Made by a program: the position numbers and the translations under genes. Under the pieces are notes generated by a model. The model had not been told where the DNA came from, did not search any database, and saw only the letters and a list, made by a program, of their open reading frames with translations. From a virus (lineage: Duplodnaviria; Heunggongvirae; Uroviricota; Caudoviricetes), in the IMG/VR virus record IMGVR_UViG_3300023371_004649: a stretch of 38,220 nucleotides of DNA; one strand, given 5' to 3'. Of the stretch, positions 1 through 8,246 are shown one piece after another (position 1 is the stretch's first letter; each line of letters starts with the position of its first letter).

Positions 1-747
1 TTATTTACCTCTGATAATATTGGTTACCTTCGCCCACAACCCTTGTTTCTTAGGCTGACGATTTGTTTGGACAAAAGTGCCATTACGGGGAGCCAAATTT
101 TCGAGCTGAGCTTTGAGTTCTTCAATATCTTTAGGAGTAGAAATTTCTCTACGAATTTCAACACCCTTTTTCTTTTTAACCTCAGCGACCATTTTATCAA
201 GAGTTAAATCACAATATTCATCAACCCAATCCCCAAGAAAATAAAAACGTTCAACAATGACACCTTTATCTCTATCCATCATGGAACCAAAAAGAATAGG
301 GTCCTGTGTGCGTTTAGCAGCTTCAATTCTGCGCTCAGATTTACCAGTATAGTCAGTATAAACAATATACATAACATTGAACAAATCTTTAGTTTTAGCT
401 ACAATACTTACAATTTCATCAGGGATATCTCTTTCATAGTCGCCAATTTCACAAATCTTAACGGATTTGTCAGCAACGTTAGAAACATAGTCTTCAATAT
501 CAGATTTATAAACAAAAGTATCTACACCCATACTTACTAGCATACGCTCTTTTTCAATATTTTCAAGATGAAAGATAAGCTTTCTCATTCCTTGAATTTG
601 TCCCGTTACTTTATATTTGTTGAGTAACTGCAGACAATTATCATAAATTTCGGTTAGCTCTCTATCGGTAATCTTAGCCTTTTTATTTTTAAGATGGTCA
701 AAACATTCATCTGCGGTTAGAGTCATAATATCTTTATTATTTTCCAT
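1..747 (-). CDS. Conserved hypothetical protein, phage-like (248 aa)
   Basis: Complete ORF with GGAGG SD and its own promoter at 806-834. Motifs YERDIPDE, DPILFG and ERFYFLGDWVDEYCDLTL resemble an uncharacterised family I associate with large Firmicutes phages (recollection, not searched). Confidence 0.8.
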   Translation of the reverse strand: MENNKDIMTLTADECFDHLKNKKAKITDRELTEIYDNCLQLLNKYKVTGQIQGMRKLIFHLENIEKERMLVSMGVDTFVYKSDIEDYVSNVADKSVKICEIGDYERDIPDEIVSIVAKTKDLFNVMYIVYTDYTGKSERRIEAAKRTQDPILFGSMMDRDKGVIVERFYFLGDWVDEYCDLTLDKMVAEVKKKKGVEIRREISTPKDIEELKAQLENLAPRNGTFVQTNRQPKKQGLWAKVTNIIRGK

Positions 748-805
748 ATTTTATTCCTCCCGTTCACTAAATTCTAATTTCGAAATAACTTAATTTTATA
801 TTCTA

Positions 806-834
806 ATTATAACATATTTTCAAAAATAAATCAA
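806..834 (-). promoter_or_regulatory. sigmaA-type promoter with extended -10
   Basis: Reverse strand TTGATT-17 bp-TATAAT, within ATATGTTATAAT. Confidence 0.8.
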
Positions 835-937
835 TATACTTTATAAAAAACTATTCCTCAGATAACAAAATAGTTTCCATTTCTTTTTAAATATGCTATA
901 ATATATACAATATACTAAAGAAAAAGGAGTTGCTTCG

Positions 938-1600
938 ATGGTTGTGTTTGTAATGGGCCCATCCTGTGGTGGAAAAAGCACTTTTATAAAGAAAAACTTC
1001 CCCAATTATAAAAAGATTGATTTATATGATTTTGAAATAGAAAATGGATTTTCTGTAGAAGCCATTATGCAAGCATACGAAGAATGCAAAAATGCACTAA
1101 TAGAAGCTATAAAAAATGGAGAAAACGTCGTAATGGAACATACTCTTCTAAAAGCTATTAGAAGAGAAGTTTATATAAAGGCTGTGAAAGAAATTACTAA
1201 TGAACCAATTATCGGTTATTTTCTTTGTCCATCAGATACTGAATTAAATGCTAATGCAAAGCGTCGAATGATTTCTTTTTGGAAAGATGAATTAAAAAAT
1301 ATTAGAGATATTATGGAATTGCCAACTACTGAGGAAGGTTTTGCAGAAGTTCATATTATTGATAAAAACCTATATTCAGAAGGAGAGATAGATGAAATGA
1401 TTAAAGAAAATTTCTTAGAAATGTATAAAGAAGTTTTTAATGACGATGGTACCGTTAAAAATTGTGGAAGAACAAAGTGCCAAAAACTAATTTCATTAGC
1501 TATGCAGTTAGAAAAACATGAAGACAGATATTTTGGAAATGATAGAACAGGTATGATGAATGTTGAACACATTCAAGAATTATACAATAAAAACAACTAA
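938..1600 (+). CDS. P-loop kinase/AAA_33-like protein with extra C-terminal domain
   Basis: Walker A GPSCGGKST at the N-terminus, nucleotide/polynucleotide-kinase-like layout, AAGGAG SD, and ATATGCTATAAT promoter at 891-902. Confidence 0.75.
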   Translation: MVVFVMGPSCGGKSTFIKKNFPNYKKIDLYDFEIENGFSVEAIMQAYEECKNALIEAIKNGENVVMEHTLLKAIRREVYIKAVKEITNEPIIGYFLCPSDTELNANAKRRMISFWKDELKNIRDIMELPTTEEGFAEVHIIDKNLYSEGEIDEMIKENFLEMYKEVFNDDGTVKNCGRTKCQKLISLAMQLEKHEDRYFGNDRTGMMNVEHIQELYNKNN

Positions 1601-1603
1601 GAC

Positions 1604-1630
1604 AAAACCCGAGAGCTTCTCGGGTTTTTT
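1604..1630 (+). terminator. Intrinsic terminator
   Basis: CCCGAG-agctt-CTCGGG followed by a T run. Confidence 0.85.
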
Positions 1631-1764
1631 GTTTTCATTATTAATATAAGAAAGATTTTCAATATATAATATATTAATTCAATAATATGGCCGAAAAAAA
1701 CTTGGTCAAGAATACAAATGAATGTTGGCGAAGGCAAACGCCAACGAATGGGAGGAAATATACA

Positions 1765-2958
1765 ATGGCTAAAATTTTTACTATTAACAGAGTTCTCAAG
1801 GCACAGATTGGCGACGGTTTCTGGAGCACCCCTGCTATAATCGCAGAGATGATGAAAAAAGGCGAGTTCAGCAATGACAGCGAAAACAGAAACCCCGACG
1901 ATAGCCCTTGGGACCGCAATCGCATTTACAGTTATCTTTATGTAACTGTCGAAAACGCCCGAGCAAAGGCAGCTTCTACCAGTAATCACTTTGAAGGCCA
2001 TTCTACTGCCTTAAGAATCGTCGTCAAAGATGGAAAAGTTACTATCAAAGATGGTGGTCATAGCACTGACCTTCACAAGAAGATGAGCTACGGAGCTTAC
2101 AAGTTCCCTAAATGCCCTCGTCCTGACCTATACCCTGAACTCAGCGAGCTAGGCGGCAAAACCGTTGCAAAGATTCTTTCTGACGAATACGGCGTAAAAC
2201 TCAGAAATCTCTATAACGAAATTATGTCCGCACCTATTAAGCTCATTCTCGTTAACGATGACCCTCTGATTCAGATGGGCCTTAATAACGGTAAGCCTAT
2301 GAGCCAGGCAGAAAAGACTTTCGCTTATGTATGCAAAAACGAGACCTATAAGGCAATCGAAGCATACTACAATGTAAAATCTGCCGAAAAGAGCGTCCAC
2401 CACAATTTGGAAATTGGCAACAACAAAAATTCCAATGTCAGAGAGCGCGCTAACAATGTATGCTGGCTTTTCAGCACTCTGGCATTCCACGACATCGAAA
2501 AAGCTGGTGCCGCAATGGAATATGTTGTTAAGGCGTATGACGCCGATACCGTTACCTCAATCTATGACGAGTTCATGGATATCGCAACCATGAAGGAGTT
2601 CTCTTTCCTAAGAGTTTCTGGAACTGATAAAATTGTTCTGAACTGTAACAGAGTTCACGGACTGATTAAGTTCGCAAGAAACAGAGTGGTAGAAAGCTAT
2701 ACTCGCGGTGGAAATTCTGGCGTAATGATTGTCAGAAATTGCATCGGTGAAAACACTACTAAGAACCCTGCCCATCTTGAATTCCGCGCTAACCTTGCAA
2801 GAGACGTAGTGGAATATATCAAGACTGAAACACCCAAAATCTTGAAGTATCAGCAGCTCTGTGACATGAACGCTATTGACAACTCTGGCGCTGGTCATGT
2901 TAGCGGCGGCAACAGCTTCTGCGAGATGCTCGAAGAGGCAATGAGAGGGGGTATCTAA
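1765..2958 (+). CDS. Divergent DUF262/ParB-superfamily (GmrS/DGQHR-like) protein
   Basis: Start moved to ATG 1765 (GGAGG SD). Three DUF262-like motifs appear in order: NRNPDDSPWD (cf. QR.YVW), IKDGGHS (cf. IIDGQQR/DGQHR) and MGLNNGKPMSQAE (cf. F..LN.G.PL...E). GC is elevated. Confidence 0.55.
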   Translation: MAKIFTINRVLKAQIGDGFWSTPAIIAEMMKKGEFSNDSENRNPDDSPWDRNRIYSYLYVTVENARAKAASTSNHFEGHSTALRIVVKDGKVTIKDGGHSTDLHKKMSYGAYKFPKCPRPDLYPELSELGGKTVAKILSDEYGVKLRNLYNEIMSAPIKLILVNDDPLIQMGLNNGKPMSQAEKTFAYVCKNETYKAIEAYYNVKSAEKSVHHNLEIGNNKNSNVRERANNVCWLFSTLAFHDIEKAGAAMEYVVKAYDADTVTSIYDEFMDIATMKEFSFLRVSGTDKIVLNCNRVHGLIKFARNRVVESYTRGGNSGVMIVRNCIGENTTKNPAHLEFRANLARDVVEYIKTETPKILKYQQLCDMNAIDNSGAGHVSGGNSFCEMLEEAMRGGI

Positions 2959-2959
2959 T

Positions 2960-3472
2960 ATGACCCTATCCTGCAATAAGCCTCAGTCATCCAATGAGGA
3001 AACCGCTGTTCGCTGTCTAAACAGAAAAGGGATTCCAATCCTGGAATACATTCCAGCAGAAATTAAGAAACTGGAAGATGGATATTATGCTTATATGCAT
3101 GCTCCAACCAGCGAATTTTTTTCTAACCCTATCCCTGCAGACTACGAAGTAGAGATTACATCTCGTGCGTTCAGAAAAAACATGAAATGCTTACATATTG
3201 TAGAAGAAATCATTGCAAATGACCAATCTCCTAGATGCAACATGCATTTTGACTTCGTCCTGTTCGAGGTAAAGAACGGAAAGAGAAGAAATGAAAGATA
3301 TCTGGAGGTTAACGGTTATCAGCATGAAGACGACCAGTCTTTTGGTCCAGTATCTACTGCAGAATGTTTGATTTCTGACGCAATCAAGGAAGCTTGGGGA
3401 GCAAAATTCTTCAAGCAGTCCACCAAGTTTTGGGACGAATTCTTGACTTACCTGGATAAGTATAAGAAGTGA
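2960..3472 (+). CDS. Vsr/DUF559-like PD-(D/E)xK endonuclease
   Basis: EETAVRCL...HFDFVLF...YLEVNGYQH...DAIK matches the E..I...L / FDF / IEYDG.QH / D..K pattern. It starts 1 nt after the upstream stop. Confidence 0.6.
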   Translation: MTLSCNKPQSSNEETAVRCLNRKGIPILEYIPAEIKKLEDGYYAYMHAPTSEFFSNPIPADYEVEITSRAFRKNMKCLHIVEEIIANDQSPRCNMHFDFVLFEVKNGKRRNERYLEVNGYQHEDDQSFGPVSTAECLISDAIKEAWGAKFFKQSTKFWDEFLTYLDKYKK

Positions 3473-3518
3473 TTGGCACTCACTAGTAGTTTCAAGACAA
3501 ACAGAAAAAATAGGCAAT

Positions 3519-3559
3519 AAAAAAGAAAGGGAACAGTCGAACTGCTCCCTTTTATTTTT
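3519..3559. terminator. Bidirectional intrinsic terminator
   Basis: AAAGGGAACAG-tcgaa-CTGCTCCCTTT, flanked by A and T runs, between convergent genes. Confidence 0.75.
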
Positions 3560-3574
3560 ATCTATTTTATTTTT

Positions 3575-3826
3575 TTACTGGACGAAATCATCTTCGTCAT
3601 CATGGTCCCAATCAACTTCCGCATCAAGCAATTCAGCTCTATCTGCTCTCCAAAGGTCCCTAACGCAATCTTCAGCTTCTCTAACACTTTTACATTTAAC
3701 TAACGCCATATCCCCAATAGTATCCCAAATTCTAAAAGCAGTATCTCCTTCAGAATATTCAACATTGGAAATTTCAATAACATTAGTAAGTTTTTCTACT
3801 TTATCAGTAACTTTAAGTTTCATCAT
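3575..3826 (-). CDS. Hypothetical protein with acidic tail (83 aa)
   Basis: ORF overlaps the stop of the upstream gene and has a GGTGG SD. Confidence 0.7.
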   Translation of the reverse strand: MMKLKVTDKVEKLTNVIEISNVEYSEGDTAFRIWDTIGDMALVKCKSVREAEDCVRDLWRADRAELLDAEVDWDHDDEDDFVQ

Positions 3827-4133
3827 CGGTTATTTCCACCTTTTCCCAAGTTTTATAGTCATAACATTCTAAATGTTTGTACTTCTCATATATTTCTTTC
3901 TGCGACAACATTCTATGTACATGTGGCCTATCTGGACAAGGTTCAGACTCAAAGAACTTCATGCCCCCAATTTTGCCACAAATATAACAACGAGTACCAC
4001 TAGACAAATGCTTATCCCACATTACTAGGCATGGAACGTATTCGTGCTTATGATTGCTCTTTTTAACAGTTTTTTTAGACTTTTTTCTATGACGAGGAAT
4101 TAATTCATCATCGTAATTCGAAATATTACTCAT
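3813..4133 (-). CDS. Small Zn-binding hypothetical protein, phage-like
   Basis: Basic patch RHRKKSKK, then HKHEY.PC and CYIC. GGAGG SD; promoter at 4166-4194. Confidence 0.75.
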   Translation of the reverse strand: MSNISNYDDELIPRHRKKSKKTVKKSNHKHEYVPCLVMWDKHLSSGTRCYICGKIGGMKFFESEPCPDRPHVHRMLSQKEIYEKYKHLECYDYKTWEKVEITDDET

Positions 4134-4165
4134 AATAACACCTCCAAAAATATTTACATATATAT

Positions 4166-4194
4166 ATTATAACATATAATAAAGGAAAAGACAA
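4166..4194 (-). promoter_or_regulatory. sigmaA-type promoter
   Basis: Reverse strand TTGTCT-17-TATAAT with ATATGTTATAAT. Confidence 0.75.
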
Positions 4195-4213
4195 TCTGAA
4201 AGGAGTTGAGATT

Positions 4214-4741
4214 TTGACTTTTACTCAATTTTTAAAAGAACTAGAAGATATCGAAGAAAATTTTGAAAAAAATGAAAATGAAATAGATTTCACAATGTTG
4301 AAAATGCTCCAAACCGTTCTCAAACAAAAAGAACAAAAAGATAAAGAATTACAACTTTTAGAACAAGAAGTAACAGAGATGATAAATTCGATTGTCGATA
4401 GACCATCCGATTATTTTGAAACAAAAGAACGTTTAATTGAAAAAATGATTGAAAAATCCCGTGCAAGATATGCACTTCCTAAAGATTCCAAAGATAGAGA
4501 AGCTATTAGTAATGAAGTAACTCTAAATACAATAACTAAGCTGTTCGATAAAATGATATCCAAAACTACTTCTCAAGAAATAAAATTCCAATTAGATGAT
4601 GTAAAAAAAGATTTAAAAAGAATTAACGTAAAAGCAGAGAGAACAGCAATAAAAAAAGAAATAAAAAACGCAAGAATAAAAGCCAGATTAATTCTTCAAA
4701 AAGAAATAGAAAAAGAAAAAACCAATGAGATATCACAATAA
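4214..4741 (+). CDS. Coiled-coil hypothetical protein (175 aa)
   Basis: TTG start with AAGGAG SD; K/E-rich helical composition. Confidence 0.75.
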   Translation: MTFTQFLKELEDIEENFEKNENEIDFTMLKMLQTVLKQKEQKDKELQLLEQEVTEMINSIVDRPSDYFETKERLIEKMIEKSRARYALPKDSKDREAISNEVTLNTITKLFDKMISKTTSQEIKFQLDDVKKDLKRINVKAERTAIKKEIKNARIKARLILQKEIEKEKTNEISQ

Positions 4742-4763
4742 TAGTCTTTCCTTTTGTGTGAAA

Positions 4764-4775
4764 ATATGTTATAAT
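4764..4775 (+). promoter_or_regulatory. Extended -10 promoter element
   Basis: Exact ATATGTTATAAT upstream of the site-2 protease; the -35 is weak. Confidence 0.7.
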
Positions 4776-4807
4776 AAATATATAATAGAATTTTCGGAGG
4801 CGAAAAT

Positions 4808-5389
4808 ATGACGTACATTTTAAAGGGCATAGCTGTTATTTTAGCCATTGTACTACACGAAATGGCCCATGGTTACGCATCTCATTTATTAGGTGACCCA
4901 ACCCCCAAAGGTTCAGGAAGACTATCTCCAAACCCATTAAATCATTTAGACCCAATTGGTACATTGTGTTTATTTTTCTTCGGGTTCGGTTGGGCAAAAC
5001 CCGTTGGAATTAATTCTAGATATTATAAGAATGAAAAATTAGGTACATGTATTGTGGCCTTAGCAGGCCCCGCAACCAATTTTTTAATTGCTTGTTTGTC
5101 TGCATTTTTACTTAATTTTATAAATAACGGGTTAATTGTTTCATTCTTATACGTTTTGATGAGTATTAATATTGGCCTAGGCTGCTTTAATTTAATTCCT
5201 CTTCCCCCACTAGATGGCAGTAAGATTTTAGCAACCATTCTTCCAGATGATTTATATTGGAAGTTTATGAGTCTCGAAAGATACTCAATGATAATTCTAA
5301 TGCTAATTCTTTATACTGGAATACTAAACCCAGTATTAAATGTATTTTATTCTTTAGCTTTTAGATTGGTTAGCCTATTCATGTTTTAA
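4808..5389 (+). CDS. Site-2 protease, M50 family (SpoIVFB/YwhC-like, no PDZ)
   Basis: HEMAH zinc motif, AGP, NLIPLPPLDG motif and several TM segments. Confidence 0.93.
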   Translation: MTYILKGIAVILAIVLHEMAHGYASHLLGDPTPKGSGRLSPNPLNHLDPIGTLCLFFFGFGWAKPVGINSRYYKNEKLGTCIVALAGPATNFLIACLSAFLLNFINNGLIVSFLYVLMSINIGLGCFNLIPLPPLDGSKILATILPDDLYWKFMSLERYSMIILMLILYTGILNPVLNVFYSLAFRLVSLFMF

Positions 5390-5394
5390 CATAG

Positions 5395-5426
5395 AAAAAA
5401 TCCGCTCAACGAGAGCGGATTTTTTT
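5395..5426. terminator. Bidirectional intrinsic terminator
   Basis: AAAAAATCCGCTC-aac-GAGAGCGGATTTTTT. Confidence 0.8.
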
Positions 5427-5771
5427 GTTTTGAATAGACTGAACCCAATCACGAAAAATAGTAAGGTTAGCCTCCTTAAAGTTGCGAAGATTCGCAGCGA
5501 AAATACTACGACAACCAATGCCATAGTACCAGTCGAATACAGCATCCCAAATGAAATCGTTGTTTTCTTCACATCGAATACAACATCCAACAGCATAAGA
5601 AGGATGAAGCAAAATCATGCGACGATAAGCGTGAGTGATGCTCTTTGCTCTCATCTTAAAATGCTTCTCTTCCCCAACGGTTTCGAAATGAGGATACTGA
5701 TGTTTGTCATCCCAAGGGTACCACTTCTTCTCCATGCTCCACTTTTTCCCCGTGATATTGTAAGTATTCAT
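5406..5771 (-). CDS. Hypothetical protein (121 aa)
   Basis: Start moved to ATG 5771 (GGGAGG SD); Trp/Tyr-rich. Confidence 0.7.
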   Translation of the reverse strand: MNTYNITGKKWSMEKKWYPWDDKHQYPHFETVGEEKHFKMRAKSITHAYRRMILLHPSYAVGCCIRCEENNDFIWDAVFDWYYGIGCRSIFAANLRNFKEANLTIFRDWVQSIQNKKIRSR

Positions 5772-5912
5772 ATTATTTCCTCCCATTTGTCTTTTTTAAT
5801 GTGGACATTATAATTATATTTTCATATAAGGCCTTATATGAAACAAAATAATAATTATTAATAGTGTGTCTTCAAATATAATATATTAGTTTATTTGGAA
5901 GGAGCTGTTTTA

Positions 5913-6728
5913 ATGAAAATTCATTGCGAATATTGCGGAGCACAATTTGATGTAGAAATAAATCATGAATGCCCAGAATGTGGGGCACCATTTGATAAGA
6001 ATAAATATGCTTTCGAGATAGAACAAAATAAAAAAGAAAAAGAAAGATTGGAAAGAGAAAGAAAACGATTAGAAAACGAAAAGAAAAAAGCAGAAATAGA
6101 GCATCAAAAAGCACAAACAGAATATACAAGAAATAGAACAAAAATGCAAACAAACGCTAATAAAACAGCTAAAATAATAGCATTTGTGATTGGTTCTCCA
6201 TTTATATTATTTGCTGGATTAATAGGAATAACTATGCTTCTGGGAATAATAATGGGCATATATACCGTAGTCACAGGTGACGATGCTTGGTTAGAAGAAG
6301 ATACTGAAATAGTAGAAGTAATTGATAAAGAACCCCAATTTATATTCAATGAAGCTTCGGGAGGGTTTAATGAAGCAGTAAGTAATGGGACACTTAGTGT
6401 AACCATTAATGAAGTTAAAGAGGTTGACCCATATCCTTGGACTGCAGATAAAGACCATATGTATATAATTGTTCATTTCGTTGTAGAAAATATATCCGAA
6501 TGGGATTTCAAAGATGAAGAAAAAGTTCGTTGTACAGTTGATGGAATTTTAATGGAAAAGAAATGGACCAACGATTATAAAGAATTAAAAGAAACTACAA
6601 TCCCTGCTGGAATGAAAATTGATGGATATTTAAGCTTCCAAGTTCCTATAAATGCAAAAGAACTAGAAATAACATATGGTGATTATATCACTATAAAAAT
6701 ACCCAACGCAGAAAGAATGTCGAGCTAA
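5913..6728 (+). CDS. Zinc-ribbon + coiled coil + TM + DUF4352-like extracellular domain
   Basis: CEYC...CPEC at the N-terminus, a TM segment, and a C-terminal Ig-like DUF4352 pattern (LSVTINEV...VENIS...DGYLSFQVP). ATG 5913 has an AAGGAG SD. Confidence 0.8.
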   Translation: MKIHCEYCGAQFDVEINHECPECGAPFDKNKYAFEIEQNKKEKERLERERKRLENEKKKAEIEHQKAQTEYTRNRTKMQTNANKTAKIIAFVIGSPFILFAGLIGITMLLGIIMGIYTVVTGDDAWLEEDTEIVEVIDKEPQFIFNEASGGFNEAVSNGTLSVTINEVKEVDPYPWTADKDHMYIIVHFVVENISEWDFKDEEKVRCTVDGILMEKKWTNDYKELKETTIPAGMKIDGYLSFQVPINAKELEITYGDYITIKIPNAERMSS

Positions 6729-6794
6729 TTTTTATTATATATCGCACAAATAAATTATATCATATAATATCTTAAGTAGAAAGGCGTGGTTCCA

Positions 6795-7001
6795 ATGAAG
6801 AAATTTCTTTTAGTCGCAATCCCTGTGACCGCATGCGTAGCAGCTGGAGCTGTACTCGCATTAACTCATAAAGAAGAAGTAAAAAAGTATGCTAACGCAG
6901 CTAAAACCTGGGGAACCGAAAAGCTGGATAAAGCTTGTAATGCTGCATGTAGATGTGCAGAAAAATACGATATTAGCCCCGATGATATTATAGCTGAATA
7001 A
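6795..7001 (+). CDS. Small membrane-anchored protein (68 aa)
   Basis: N-terminal hydrophobic helix, AAAGG SD and downstream terminator; loosely YtxH-like. Confidence 0.65.
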   Translation: MKKFLLVAIPVTACVAAGAVLALTHKEEVKKYANAAKTWGTEKLDKACNAACRCAEKYDISPDDIIAE

Positions 7002-7093
7002 ACATACGCTAATTTCGTGAGTGGTTTATACCCTTTCGCCTTAAAAAGTGGTTTAAGTCTTAACGCTTATGATTGCCAAATGGCAAATAAATG

Positions 7094-7125
7094 CCCATCT
7101 TTTCGAAGATGGGTTTTATTTTTTT
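7094..7125 (+). terminator. Intrinsic terminator
   Basis: CCCATCTT-ttcg-AAGATGGG plus a T-rich tail. Confidence 0.85.
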
Positions 7126-7203
7126 TGTTAAAACTATGAAATGCTTTGTTTTTTTATTTTTGTATGTTATAATATAAATAATATTTTTTAAGAGGTGTTT
7201 ATT

Positions 7204-8235
7204 TTGAAAAAAAATACATTTTTATGCATAGCATTAACAAGTCTTCTTGTTTTATGTTGTGCATGCACTCACGGATTAGAGCCTATGGAAAAAGATGCAA
7301 ATCCGTTTTTTATAGAATCAGAATTGCCAGAACCTGAAATTAACCCAGAATCAATAGATTTAGAGATAACAGATGTAACGCCGCCTCCTAACTTGGTTAA
7401 TATTATCGGCAAAGACAAAATCAACATAATATCGGAAATATATCCCGATTTTTATACTCATCTTAATCGAACTTTTTCTGGATATGAAAGAGGAAATTTA
7501 TTAGATATCGTAAATATTTTCCTTAACACAAAAATAAAAGACAAATATCTAATTAATGAAGAAGTTGATAGAAAAATTATAGAAAACACGACTATTGAAA
7601 TTTTATCGGCAATTGTTTCTGAAAACCAATTAATTTTAGAAACAAGAATCACATATTTGCCCATTTTAATTAACTCTTTATCACAAAATGAAAGTATTTT
7701 AAATATTTCTAAAGACTATGACAAATACTCGGATATTTCGGAACAGTCCGAATATTTTACTTTAACTTTTGATATCCTTAAGTTCTCCAGCAGTGAAGGT
7801 ATAAAAATAAAAGATTATAAATACAAAGATTATATCATTAGAGCGTTAACAAATACTTTATATGATTCTAAAAAATATATTCTAGAATATTCAGAAGAAA
7901 ATAACCAAGAAGTTTTTGACGAGATGGTAAAAGCATTAAGAGAAAAAAATTATGAAAGCCAAGAATGGATGTCGGCTGAAATAATACACAATCTTCAAGA
8001 AAATGAAACATTCTTGGATGTAATGCTCGAAAGTTTTACTATTAAATCAATTAATAAAGAATACTATATAATTACATATCCAGATATTAAAAATTCTATA
8101 GAAGATATGAATCTGGAAATGGAAGAAATAGTAACAAAAGTTTCTAACCAGGAAATTAGTTTAATTTCTAAGATTGTTCATGACCCCGATTTAAACAAAT
8201 TATACAATCTTATCAAAAACCTTATGATTGTATAA
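7204..8235 (+). CDS. Putative lipoprotein (hypothetical)
   Basis: MKKNTF...LLVLCCAC signal/lipobox-like N-terminus. TTG start after GAGGTG; promoter GTATGTTATAAT at about 7162-7173. Confidence 0.7.
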   Translation: MKKNTFLCIALTSLLVLCCACTHGLEPMEKDANPFFIESELPEPEINPESIDLEITDVTPPPNLVNIIGKDKINIISEIYPDFYTHLNRTFSGYERGNLLDIVNIFLNTKIKDKYLINEEVDRKIIENTTIEILSAIVSENQLILETRITYLPILINSLSQNESILNISKDYDKYSDISEQSEYFTLTFDILKFSSSEGIKIKDYKYKDYIIRALTNTLYDSKKYILEYSEENNQEVFDEMVKALREKNYESQEWMSAEIIHNLQENETFLDVMLESFTIKSINKEYYIITYPDIKNSIEDMNLEMEEIVTKVSNQEISLISKIVHDPDLNKLYNLIKNLMIV

Positions 8236-8246
8236 AAGGAGGATAT

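Noticed and set aside
1597-3517. Minus-strand ORFs 1597-2001, 1674-1925, 2149-2490, 2608-2976 and 3191-3517
   Set aside because: They are antisense shadows in a GC-richer region with fewer stop codons, with no SD or recognisable motifs.
7440-7530. HTH-like segment (LNRTFSGYERGNL) in the lipoprotein
   Set aside because: The match is short, and the protein is predicted to be extracytoplasmic, so this is probably coincidental.
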